Assembly (NCBI RefSeq): GCF_006345805.1
Contig: NC_043002.1
Coordinates: 118,234,001-118,298,000, forward strand
DNA from: Octopus sinensis
Taxonomy: Eukaryota
Direction of reading: 5' to 3'
DNA length: 64,000 nucleotides
Positions within the stretch are counted from its first letter, which is position 1, and every line of letters begins with the position of its first letter. The position numbers and the translations under genes were made by a program. The notes under the pieces were generated by a model, which did no database searches, was not told the origin of the DNA, and saw only the letters and a list, made by a program, of their open reading frames with translations. Below are positions 13,560 to 25,716 of the stretch, one piece after another.

Positions 13560-15575
13560 ATTCATCATCGTTTAACAACTGTTTTCCATGCTGGCATGGG
13601 CTGGACAGTTTGACTGAGGTCTGGAGAGCCAGCAGCTGCACCAGGCTCCAATCTGATCTGGCAATGTTTCTACAGCTGGATGCCCATCCTAATGCCAATC
13701 ACTCTGAGAAGGTAGGGGATGCTTTTTACATGCCACTGGCACAGGAGCCAATCAGGCAGACTTGGCATCGATCACATTTGGATAGTGTTTTTTACGTTCG
13801 ACTGGCACAGGAGCCAGTCAGAGTGTACTGGCATTGGCCACGTTTGGATGGTGCATTTTATGTGCCACTGGCACAGGTGCCAGTCAGGCAGACCTGGCAT
13901 CGACCATGTTCAGATGGTGCTTTTTATATGCCACCAGCACAGGAGCCAGTAAGGGGGCACTGGCCACAGCTACGATATTGGTTTTACTTGACTCAACAGA
14001 TCTTCTCAAGAATATATCGCCCAACACATCAGGGGTACTCTTAACTGGAGCGGACATGCATGGTTGCAAATCTCACTTTAGTTGCTGGGTCTTCTCAATC
14101 ACAGCATAACTCCAAAGATCATGGTCTCCTTTCATCGCCTCTGTGAGGCCCAATGTTCAAAGGTCATGCTTCACCACCTCATCCTATGCCTTCCTGGGTT
14201 TACCTCTTCCACAGTTAGGGAGTGGCATTTCCTCACACAGCTGTTCCCAACCACATGTAACATGACCATACCAGCGCAATCATCTCTCATGCACACCACA
14301 TTTGATGCTTCTTAAGCCCAACTTTTCTCTCAGGATACTTATGCTGACGTGTATGCACACTGAAATTACACATTCAGCAGATCATACGAGCTTCAGTTCT
14401 TTCAAGCCTATGCATGTCCTTAGCAGTTATGGCCCATATTTCACTGCCATGTAGCATGCCAGTTCGCACACATGCATCATAGAGTCTACTTTTCATCCTG
14501 AGCAAGAGGCCCTTAGTTGCCAGCAGTGGTAGAAGCTCCCTGTACTTTGCCCAGGCTATTCTTGTTCTAGCTGCTAGCGGAAGCTATTAACTACTTCTAG
14601 TTTCTCCCCCTGGCATGTGATGGAATCTGTTTTCTGTACATCTTCAGTGTTTATTGCCCCTGTGCATCTGCCACATACAAAAACTATCTTCCTGGTTAAC
14701 CTTCCTTTGATATTGCTGCACCTTTTATGTGTCCATGGCTTACACCGGGTACATCGATTGGAGTTTTTACCCATGCCCTTTCTACCTGAAAGGGTTTGTG
14801 ATTTGACAGCCTTTGTACTTACTAAGCCTTTGGTTTTTGCTCGGTTAACCCTAAGGCCCTTTGATTCTAGACCATACTTCCACACCCTGAACTTTGTCTC
14901 CAGTTCTGGTAGTGACTTAGCTATTAGAGCAAAGTCATCAACAGAGAGGAGCTCCCAGGGGCAGGCTGTCTTGAATTCCTCTGTTATTGCCTGAAGGACT
15001 ATAATGAATAAGAGGAGGTTGAGGACTGATCTTTGGTGAACCCCGACTTCTACTTGGAATTCTTCACTATACTCATTGCCAACCCTCACCTTACTGAATG
15101 CATCCCTGTACAGGGCTTGTACAGCTCTTACCAACCACTCGTTCATCCCTAGTTTCTGCATTGACCACCAGATAAGGGATCAGGGGACTCAGTCAAGGGC
15201 TTTCACCAAGTCAACAAAAGCCAAGTACAGAAGTTTATCTTCGGCTAGATATTTCTCCTGCAGTTGCCTTACCAGAAATATAGCATCAGTGGTGCTTCTG
15301 CATGGCACAAAACCAAATGGCATCTCATCTAGGCTAAATCCCTAATTAGTTGGGCTATGACCCTCTCTGTAACTTTCATTACCTGATCCAATAATTTGAT
15401 ACCCCTGTAGTTATTTCTATCTAAAGCATCACCTTTACCCTTGTAGCAGTTGACTATGGTGCTGCTACACTAGTTATTGGGTATGACTCCATGAACTACC
15501 AGATTTATGATGCGGGTGACAAGACCATAACCTACATCGCCTGATATTCTAAGCATCTCAGCGGTGATTCCTGAT
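13560..15575 (-). mobile_element. Older RTE copy (RT 3' part + 3'UTR)
   Basis: MQKLGMNEWLVRAVQALYRDA..PWELLSVDD; same family with more mutations; (GAT)n-type end near 13562. Confidence 0.85.
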
Positions 15576-16090
15576 GGGCCCAACCTAGTTGAGGTTCTTT
15601 CTTAATCTTGCAAGTTACTTGGCAACCTCAGAAGTGGTGGTGTCACCAAAAAAGCACCCTGTACACTTAATAAAGTGGTTGGTTTTAGGAAGAGTATCCA
15701 GCAATAGAAACCATGCTAAAACAGACATTGAAGCTCAATACAGTCCTCTGATTTTGTCCAACCATCCAACCCATGCCAACATGGAAGGCAGATATGAAAT
15801 GATGATACATAAATATTATACACATACACACATTTATTAAACATTTTCAAGAACAGGAGTGATAGTGATTTTGGAGTTTCAGTTTCAGTATGCTAGCCTT
15901 TGTCATCTCTCTCTCTAATATATATATATATATAAAATAAATATAAGAGAGTGGTCAATATATTGCTCACTCTAGCACCAGTTAATCCAAAAGGTTTCAA
16001 CCACGAAGATACATGTTTCCCATGAAAGCCAGTACGACTGTTAGCTCACACGGACAGGGCAAGTAAAAAATAACAAAAATACAGATTATT

Positions 16091-16168
16091 TTGGGACAAT
16101 TGTTTCGCTATTAATGAATTAAATGTAATATTACTTACAAAAAAATCCATTTGTAGCTCGTCAGCCAA
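16091..16168 (-). ncRNA. Type I hammerhead ribozyme (inverted copy)
   Basis: Reverse complement of 16696-16773. Confidence 0.85.
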
Positions 16169-16695
16169 GACTATCTGGATGAAATCCACTCAATCACACG
16201 CCAGATTTTACCATAACGATAATACGCGTGTGGTTCAATTGATTACATCCGACGTTATAATTCAAATGCCCCAACCAACAGCGCGCCAAACTTTCACGGA
16301 AAACAAATACAGCATTTAGAAATAAATGCAGCATAATTATAATTAATTAATAAGGGTGAGAGAATTAGATACTAATTTAATAGTATATTTATTCAACACC
16401 AAGTGGCCTAGTGCTACGAGAAACCTGGATTATTATAATATTTTATAACATATTATAATATTTTTACAAAATAAATATACTATTAAATTAGTATCTAATT
16501 CTCTCACCCTTATTAATTAATTATAATTATGCTGCATTTATTTCTAAATGCTGTATTTGTTTTCCGTGAAAGTTTGGCGCGCTGTTGGTTGGGGCATTTG
16601 AATTATAACGTCGGATGTAATCAATTGAACCACACGCGTATTTATCGTTATGGTAAAATCTGGCGTGTGATTGAGTGGATTTCATCCAGATAGTC

Positions 16696-16773
16696 TTGGC
16701 TGACGAGCTACAAATGGATTTTTTTGTAAGTAATATTACATTTAATTCATTAATAGCGAAACAATTGTCCCAA
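16696..16773 (+). ncRNA. Type I hammerhead ribozyme
   Basis: UUGG-CUGACGA-GCUA[43 nt]UAGC-GAAA-CAAUUG-UC^CCAA: complete conserved core, stem I UUGG/CCAA, stem II GCUA/UAGC, palindromic stem III, GUC cleavage triplet (cut after 16769). Confidence 0.85.
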
Positions 16774-17412
16774 AATAATCTGTATTTTTGTTATTTTTTA
16801 CTTGCCCTGTCCGTGTGAGCTAACAGTCGTACTGGCTTTCATGGGAAACATGTATCTTCGTGGTTGAAACCTTTTGGATTAACTGGTGCTAGAGTGAGCA
16901 ATATATTGACCACTCTCTTATATTTATTTTGTAAAAATATTATAATATGTTATAAAATATTATAATAATCCAGGTTTCTCGTAGCACTAGGCCACTTGGT
17001 GTTGAATAAATATACTATTAAATTAGTATCTAATTCTCTCACCCTTATTAATTAATTATATATATATATATATATTCATACATACATACGACCACAATGA
17101 CCTCGAACCCACAAGATTAAACAAGAGAGACAGAGACAGGCAGAAACAAGGAAAATGCCGCTTGTATTTGAACACTATACAAATATTCTTTTAAAAAAAC
17201 TTTTCTTTTAATTTTTCTAAATTTAATTGTTTTCCATACTTACAGTTGAAAAAAATCTCAATGACTGAAACCGGTATTGAAATGTTTTTTTATAAAATTA
17301 TTTTAGCATTTTCTATCTTGAGTTTTTTCCATATACATACATATATATATATACATACATACACACACACACATATATATCTTTTTTTCCTTTTCTTTTT
17401 TCTTTTTTTTTC

Positions 17413-17807
17413 ATTTTACTTGTTTCAGTCATTTGACTGCGACCATGCTGGAGCACCGCCTTTAATCGAGCAACTTGACCCCGGGACTTATTCTTTTGTA
17501 AGCCCAGTACTTATTCTATCGGTCTCTTTTGCCGAACCGCTAAGTAATGGGGACATAAACACACCAGCATCGGTTGTCAAGCAATGCTAGGGGGACAAAC
17601 ACAGACACATAAACACACACACGCATATATATATATACATATATACAACGGGCTTCTTTCAGTTTCTGTCTACCAAATCCACTCACAAGGCTTTGGTCAG
17701 CCTGAGTCTATAGTAGAAGACACTTGCCCAAGGTGCCACGCAGTGGGACTGAACCCGGAACCATGTGGTTGGTAAACAAGCTACTTACCACACAGCCACT
17801 CCTGCGC
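17413..17807 (-). mobile_element. tRNA-derived SINE (octopus OK/OR-like family)
   Basis: GCAGGAGTGGCTGTGTGGTAAG..GGGTTCAGTCCCAC head with A/B-box-like motifs, microsatellite linker, conserved tail. Confidence 0.75.
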
Positions 17808-18224
17808 CTTATAGTTATGTATGGATGAGGACAGGTGTGTGAGGAAGTGCCACACTCTCATTATGGAAGGAACCTGTGATAGAGGTAAGCCTAGGAAGAC
17901 ATGGGATGAGGTGGTGAAGAATGACCTTTGAACATGACCTTTGGAGATATGCTGTGATTGAGAAGACCCGGCAACCAAAGTGAGATCACAGCCCTGGCTG
18001 ATGCCAGTGTTGCATGTCTGGCTCATTTAAGAGTACCCTTGATGCATCAGGCGATATGATATGCTTGAGATGACCTGTTGAGTCAAGTAAAACCAAGATC
18101 GTAGCTGTGGCCAGTGCCCCCTGACTGGCTCCTGTACTGGTGACATGTAAAAAGCACCATCCGAATGTGGCCAATGCCAGTAACCCTTGACTGGCTTCCG
18201 CACCAGTGGCACTTAAAAGGCACA
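17808..18224 (+). mobile_element. RTE 3' fragment
   Basis: MDEDRCVRKCHTLIMEGTCDRGKPRKTWDEVVKNDL plus partial 3'UTR, cut off by the CR1-like element. Confidence 0.7.
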
Positions 18225-20668
18225 ATCTAATTCATTGAAGACTGGGTTGGTAACCATCCACACCACATCCCTTTCTTCATTCTCACTGAGACCCACCTTG
18301 ACAACTCCCACTTGGAAGCCGAAGTGAGAGCGAAGAATTTCACAACCATCCGCGCGGATCGTATCGGCAGAAGGAAGGGTAGAACTGCCATTTTCCTGCA
18401 TGATTCGTTTACGGCAGATGGAAATAGTATATTCTCCAACGGCTACTGTGAATCAGTCACCGTGCACAACAAAGCCAATGACCTGACAGTAATTGGGCTC
18501 TATAGGCCGCCCCAAACACCCATACTGTGCTTTAAAGAATGACTCAACAGCATTAAGTGCAAAACACTCCCCACCAAGACCTGTGAACAAAAAGTGCAGA
18601 ATCCCCCAAAACAGAAAAACTATTATCAGAAAAATAAAAAGAACAAACAAAAAAATTAACAAACTAAAGTACTGCCAACAGCAACACACACATTCGACGG
18701 CTATCGCACTGCTTGAATCCAAAAAATATAACCTCCAACAATGCATGAAGACCCTCATCAATAACCAAAGATCAGCTGAGGAGAAGTGGGCCATTGAAAA
18801 AATCAAACTCAACCCCAAAGTGTTCTTTTCATTTGCAAGGAAACACAGGGTCACTGTCTCCATTGTTGGCCCTCTAATTGATGAAACTGGCACTCTCCAA
18901 GATAATGCCAAATCCATGGCCGAGATATTGCAGAAACAATACTGCTCTGTTTTCAGCAATCCTGATATGGCCGATCTGGGCTGTATCAGTGATGTCAACC
19001 CCCAACACACTATATCGGACATAACGTTTGGTGCCCCTGATGTCTTAGCAGCGATAAACGAAATAAAACACAATTCAGCAGTAAGCCCCGATAGGTTCCC
19101 TGCTTGTGTCCTGAAGGTGTGTCGACACCAACTTGCATCTCCCCTTGCTAATCTGTGGAGAAACTCACTGGATGCTGGCTATATTCCAAAAAACCTTCTG
19201 TCCCAGTCTGTTGTCCCAGTTTTCAAAATGGGAAACAAGTCCCTTGCAGTGAACTACCGTCCGATCTCACTCACCTCTCATATCATCAAGGTATTTGAGA
19301 GGGTGGTGAGATCTCGAATAACCCAATTTCTGGAAAGCAACAGACGGCTGATCTCTGGAAGGGACTGCCTAACGCAGCTCCTGCATCATTTTGATGACAT
19401 TTTGAGAGCTTTGGGAGAGGGCTCCAACACCGATGTCATCTACCTTGATTTCAGTAAGGCCTTCGACAGTGTTGATCACAAGATCCTATTGAAAAAACTA
19501 TCCAACATTGGTGTCTCTGGAAAGTTGCTGAAATGGATCAAGTGTTTCCTGACAGACAGATCTCAACATGTTGTAGTTGAAGGGGTAAAATCAAGCCCAG
19601 CCAAAGTCAGTAGTGGCGTTCCACAAGGCACTGTGCTGGGCCCACTTCTTTTCATCATCTACATTAACGACATCATCAAGCACAGCAACATAAAAATCTT
19701 TGCAGATGATTCCAAGCTACAGAAGATCATAAATGAGGCGAGTGACCGGACATGCCTTCAGTCAGATCTACTGGCTGTTATCCAATGGGCAGAAAAAAAC
19801 AATATGCTGCTGAACGAGGATAAATTTGAGTTAATCCACTTTGGAAAAGAGGATGCCCTGAAACTCCTATACTCCCTTCCTTCAGGTGAAACTCTCATGG
19901 CATCCAACAACATCAGAGACTTGGGAGTAATTGTGGACAACAACATAAGCTGGGCCACTCATATAAACACCAAAGTTGACATGGCCCGCAGAATGTGTTC
20001 CTGGATTCTCAGAACTTTCCAGTCGAGAGATATCCACACCATTATCCTTCTCTTCTCCACTTTTGCCCGACCCCACCTTGAATACTGTTGTCCACTGTGG
20101 TCTCCCCACACAAAACAAAGTATCATAAAAGTTGAAGCACCTCAAAGGGCAATCACAAAAAAGATAGATGGCATGACAGGCCTCGACTATTGGGGTCGAC
20201 TAGAAAAGCTAAAACTCTATTCTCTCCAACGTCGTCGTGAGCACTACATCATCTGCATGATGTGGAAAATATTCCATCAGCATTGCCCAAATGATGTTGG
20301 CATCACCTTTAAGGTACATCCAAGGCTTCGGCCCCGTGCCATCCGCCCAAAACAAAAATCGCACTCTCATCTCATAACAACAATACGGCACAATTATTTC
20401 ACCTCAATTGGCCCCGCTCTCTTTAACATTACACCAAAACACATTAAAACAGAAACAGACCTATAGGGTTCAAGAAGTCTTTGGACAGATTCCTTCAAGA
20501 AATCCCGGATAAACCCCCTACACCCGGATATGTCTCTGTAAACAATAACTCTCTACTTGAGTGGGCCATAGTGCCCAAATTCTGACTTGAAAGACTTAAC
20601 CAGGTGGTGCTATTAAGTTAGACATGGCCTGGGCCAATAATGGCCGAAACCTATCAAAGTATCAAAGT
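18225..20668 (+). mobile_element. CR1-like LINE (APE fragment, internal deletion, RT, 3' tail)
   Basis: ILTETHL..RADR APE start; RT motifs NYRPISLTS, YLDFSKAFD, GVPQGTVLGPLLF, FADD, RPHLEYC; ends in a (TATCAAAG)2 tail before (TA)n. Confidence 0.88.
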
Positions 20669-20683
20669 ATATATATATATATT

Positions 20684-20716
<33 letters not shown>

Positions 20717-20767
20717 ATATATTTATAAATATATAAATATATTTATATATATATATATATTTATATA

Positions 20768-23700
20768 TCATCATCATCATCATCATCATTTAACGTCCGC
20801 TTTCCATGCTAGCATGGGTTGGACGGTTCAACTGGGGTCTGGCCAGTCAGATCTGGCAGTGTTTCTACAGCTGGATGCCCTTCCTAACGCCAACCACTCC
20901 GAGAGTGTAGTGGGTGATTTTATGTGCCACCGACACAGGTGCCAGACGAGGCTGGCAGACGGCCATGCTCGGATGGTATGTGCCACCGACACAGGTGCCA
21001 GACGAGGCTGGCAGACGGCCACGCTCGGATGGTGTTTTTATGTGCCACCGACACAGGTGCCAGATGAGGCTGGCGAACGGCCACGATCGGATGGTGTTTG
21101 TTACGTGCCCACAGCACGGAGGCCAGTCGATGCGGTACTGGCTACGGCCACGTTCGGATGGTTTTCTTGTGTGCCACCGGCACTGGTACCACAAAAATAC
21201 AAATTCCATTGATGTTCATCTATTTTGATTTGTTTTGATTTTGATTTTCACTTGCCTCAACAGGTCTTCACAAGTGTCACAAGAAGGAAGGTATGCACAG
21301 GTGGACTGACTACGTCCCAGGTAAGGGCCACGGGTTATGGCCTGACTAGTCTTGCCAGGTCTTCAGATGGTGTTTTTATGTGCCACCGACACAGGTGCCA
21401 GATGAGGCTGGCGAACGGCCACGATCGGATGGTGTTTGTTACGTGCCCACAGCACGGAGGCCAGTCGATGCGGTACTGGCTACGGCCACGTTCGGATGGT
21501 TTTCTTGTGTGCCACCGGCACTGGTACCACATAGATACAAATTCCATTGATGTTCATCTATTTTGATTTGTTTTGATTTGATTTTCACTTGCCTCAACAG
21601 GTCTTCACAAGTGTCACAAGAAGGAAGGTATGCACAAGTGGACTGACTACGTCCCAGGTAGGGGCCACAGGTTATGGCCTGACTAGTCTTGCCGGGTCTT
21701 CTCACGCACAGCATACTTTCATAGGTCTCGGTCTCTAGTCATTTCCTTGGTGAGACCTAAAGTTCGAAGGTCGTGCTTCACCACCTCGTCCCAGGTTTTC
21801 CTGGGTCTACCTCTTCCACAGGTTCCCTCAACTGCTAGGGTGTAGCACTTTTGCACACAACTATCTTCAGCCATTCTCGTCACATGACCATACCAGCGCA
21901 GCCGTCTCTCTTGCACACCACAACTGACGCTTCTTAGGTTCAACTTTTCTCTCAAGGTACTTACACTCTGACGATTATGAACACTGACATTACACATCCA
22001 TCGGAGCATACTGGCTTCATTTCTTGTGAGCTTACGCATGTCCTCAGCAGTCACGGCCCATGTTTCACTACCATGTAGCATGGCTGTACATACACATGCA
22101 TCATACAGTCTGCCTTTTACTCTGAGCGAGAGGCCTTTTGTCACCAGCAGGGGTAAGAGCTCTCTAAACTTTGCCCAGGCTATTCTTACTCTAGCAGTTA
22201 CACTTTCAGCACACCCACCCCCGCTACTGACTTGGTCTCCTAGGTAGCGGAAGCTATCAACTACTTCTAGTTTGTCTCCCTGCAACGTGGTAGAAGTTGG
22301 TCTCTGCACATTTCCAGTGTTTATTGCTCCTGAGCATCTGCCACAGACAAAAACTATTTTCCTAGTTAGCCTTCCTTTGACATTGCTGCACCTCTTATGT
22401 GTCCATAGCTTACACTTGGTGCACCTTATAGAGTTTCTACCTACACCTTTTTTACAGATCGAGCAGGGCCATCTACCTGAAGTCGTTTGTGATTGGTCCA
22501 CCTTCCTACTTATTAGGACTTTGGTTTTGGCTAGGTTGATTCTAAGGCCCTTCGATTCTAATCCTTGTTTCCACACCTGAAACTTCTCCTCCAGTTCTGA
22601 TAGTGACTCAGCAATTAGAGCAAGGTCATCAGCATAGAGGAGCTCCCAGGGGCATCCTGTCTTGAATTTCTCCATTATTGCCTGGAGGACTATGATAAAT
22701 AGGAGGGGACTGAGGACTGAACCTTGGTGGACCCCTACCTCTACTCGGAATTCTTTAGTGTACTCATAGCCAACCCTCACCTTACTAGCAGCGTCTCTGT
22801 ACATGGCTTGCACAGCTCTCACTAACCATTCATCTATCCCTAGTTTCCTCATTGACCACCAGATAAGGGATCGGGGGACCCTGTCAAAGGCTTTCTCCAA
22901 GTCAACAAAAGCCAGGTACAAGGGCTTATCTTTGGCTAGGTATTTCTCCTGCAGCTGTCTTACCAGGAATATAGCATCAGTAGTACTTTTCCCTGGCACG
23001 AACCCAAACTGCATATCATCTAAGCTAACTCTCTCTCTAATAAATTGGGCTATAACCCTCTCCGTAACCTTCATTACCTGATCCAGCAGCTTGATGCCCC
23101 TGTAGTTATTTGTATCTAGGGCGTCGCCTTTACCTTTGTAGCAGTTGACTATTATGCTGCTACACCAGTCATTGGGTATGACTCCTTCGTGTATCACCTG
23201 GTTGACTATACGGGTGACTAGGTTATAGCCGACACTACCAGATATTTTGAGCATCTCTGCAGTAATTCCTGATGGGCCTGGGGCTTTCCCTGTTTTCATG
23301 CTTCTAATTGCTTTATCTACTAAGGAACTGTTAACTTGGATTGCTGGTCCCTCTGTTGGGTCGACATTCGGCAGACTCTCTTTATCCCATTCATTTTCCT
23401 CATTTAGCAACCTTTCATAGTGGCGTCTCCAAGCCTCTCTCTTTGCATCCTCATTTAGCGCAAGTGAACCGTCATCCTTGCGAACACATTTCTCTCCTAC
23501 CACGTCACGATTCTCTCTCACACACTGTCTTGCAACACGAAATACCTCAAGTCTTTCATCCTCACGGCGCAGGACATTGGCAAATTTTTCCTTATCTGCC
23601 TCCCCTCTGGCTAGATAGACCTGTCTCCTAGCTTCCCTCTGGCAGTCTGATACACTTCCCTGCTACCACCGTTCTTCCAGGCCTTCCAAGCCTGTTTCTT

Positions 23701-24612
23701 TTGTCTAATAGCCCTGTCAACAATATTGTTCCACCACCACGTTATTTTGGGTCTTAAGGGGACTTTGCACCAGCCACAGATCTGGTCAGTGGCTTTCAGC
23801 AGGTTGTCCCTCAGAAGCGTCCAGTTGTCTTCTACCCCACGCGTAGCTATACCCCCTTCCATTTCGTCAAAGGCTTCAAGTAACATGTCTCTAAATCTCT
23901 GTCCATTCGCAGGGTCTTTAAGCTTCCAGACCCTTCTTCTCCATGTTGGTCGTCTTCTAGTCGCCCTCTTAGTCCTGATCCTAAGGTCACTAACTACCAG
24001 TCTATGTTGTGGGGTGCATTCTTCGCCTGGGAAGGCTTTGGCATTTATAAGCAGCCATCTTTCCCTTTTTCTGGCAAGGATGTAGTCGATTTGGCTAGTA
24101 TGCCGGCCCGATCTGTAGGTGACCAGGTGGCTCGTCGGTTTCCTGAAGTTAGTGTTGCAAACCATAAGACTATTCGCATCGCAGAACTCCAGCAGCCTGG
24201 TTCCCTCCTCGTTGCGGGAACCATAACCGTAGCCTCCATGCACGCCATGGAAGCCCCCAGCACATCGTCCAACATGCCCATTGAAGTCACCAGCCACAAA
24301 GAGAAGGTCCCTGTCGTTCGTCAATGATGTGGTCTGCAGTAGGGTGTCCTAGAAACAGTCTTTCTGTCCATCAGGTAGCCCTGGCTGAGGGGCATAGGCC
24401 GATATAATAGTTGCTAAACTATGATGGGGCACTAATCTAATCTTAATTATTCTGTCACATACTCTGACTACCTCGATTACCTTATCTACCCATTTTTCGG
24501 CAATAAGCATGCCCACACCCCCGACCCCGTCAGTATTCCCAGCCCAGAAAATCTTGTACCTCTGTCCTTTGCCTGTGAGGAACCTAGCAGAACCTCCTCT
24601 CCACCTCACTTC
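20768..24612 (-). mobile_element. RTE-clade LINE, 5'-truncated within the APE domain
   Basis: APE motifs (VAGDFNGHVG, SQIDYIL, HRLVVSD), a frameshift near 23620, then a 600-aa open RT frame (AFVDLEKAFD, QGSVLSP, LLYADD) ending at 21719; repeat-rich 3'UTR and (GAT)n tail at 20768-20790. Confidence 0.92.
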
Positions 24613-24628
24613 TTGAATGCAGCATATT

Positions 24629-24659
<31 letters not shown>

Positions 24660-24665
24660 ATTTAT

Positions 24666-25668
24666 ATTGGCTGTTAGAATATCGAATCATTTTTCCACGT
24701 TTCGTGATAACGAAAAGCAACACGCTAAGGGACTAAGTAAATTAGTCTGGCGTTTGAAGAACGCAAATTCAACTTTTAGACTGGAATGGTCAATTTTATC
24801 GGTGTCTTTACCGTTTGATAAAGACAAAAAAATCTGTGCCCTTTGTAACTCGGAACTCTTTCATATTCTGTTCGCCCGAGGGCACCTTGTTAACTTGATT
24901 GTGCAAAATTCTTTCAGATGCCCACACTGGAAACGGCATACATTTCTCTCATACCAATGAAGTCTAATATAGTTAACCCCTTGATTTCCTAAGAAAATGA
25001 AAAAAATTTGAATTAAATTTGTAAGGGGATATCACTCCCCTGTTAGTGTAAGAACTGCTAGCTGTCTAGGACAGCAGCACTGTAGCCTGCCATGACCATT
25101 GTTGACAACCTCCCCTCTCTCTATCAACTGGTTACAGACGAACACACAGACACAGTCTTTTCTGTTGCTTGACCATTAATACCAGCTATATCTCTCTCCC
25201 TTGCTGCCTTATAAACACACTGCCACACATACATAGACGCACACACACATACATGAAAGCATTTTCTCACACTCAAACACTCATTCTTAAAACAATTCAA
25301 ATATTAACACCAGTCATACAGAATACATTCACACTCTTTGATTTTCCTGTACTCCCCTTCTGTTAACCGGATTTTGACCTTGAATTATCTCAACGGACTT
25401 TCTCGTCGGCTTTCACCCAGCCTGGCGTCAACGCATATTGATAGACATTTTGTGCCATTTATTCCATGGGCTCCTCGTGAGCTTTTGTCGAAAAGCTTGC
25501 TGTGCATTTTGTTGGAGAATTAAGTTCCTGGATTTTCCTGAAGAGAAGGCTGCAAAATGGACTCCTTATTCAATCTGAATTAGGGACTTTGCAGCCTTTG
25601 AAACATATGTAGAAAATAATAAAAAGGAATTTTGTTAAATCTTCGTTCAGCTCCATTTCTTCCTACAC

Positions 25669-25671
<3 letters not shown>
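24666..25671 (+). mobile_element. 5'-truncated Penelope-like element tail, copy 1 (GIY-YIG C-terminus + 3' region with hammerhead)
   Basis: LAVRISNHFSTFRDNEKQHAKGLSKLVWRLKNANSTFRLEWSIL..CALCNSELFHIL..CPH resembles the C-terminal half of PLE GIY-YIG endonucleases (stop at 24960). Carries a hammerhead near the 3' end; bounded by (TA)n. Confidence 0.75.
25532..25617 (+). ncRNA. Type I hammerhead ribozyme in PLE tail
   Basis: AUUUUC-CUGAAGA-G-AAGGCUGCAAA[31 nt, itself a hairpin]UUUGCAGCCUU-U-GAAA-CAUAUG-UA^GAAAAU: 6-bp stem I, 11-bp stem II plus a G-U closing pair, palindromic stem III, GUA triplet. Confidence 0.85.
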
Positions 25672-25714
<43 letters not shown>

Positions 25715-25716
25715 AT

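Larger units (their letters stand above)
15934..17060. mobile_element. Non-coding hammerhead-bearing ~535-bp unit: inverted copy + direct copy + 56-bp terminal redundancy (retrozyme-like / PLE pseudo-LTR)
   Basis: 16470-17004 is one unit and 17005-17060 restarts it. 15934-16467 is the reverse complement of one circularly permuted unit, differing by one indel. Flanked by (TA)n on both sides; no ORF recognised. Confidence 0.75.

Noticed and set aside
17231-17282. Hammerhead-like 3' half (AGUU/GACU stem, GAAA-CCGG-UA-UUGAAA)
   Set aside because: The 7 nt where CUGANGA should be read UACUUAC; no catalytic core.
20914-21714. Periodic repeats and many overlapping ORFs resembling an array
   Set aside because: RTE 3'UTR tandem duplications without unique spacers; not CRISPR and not coding.
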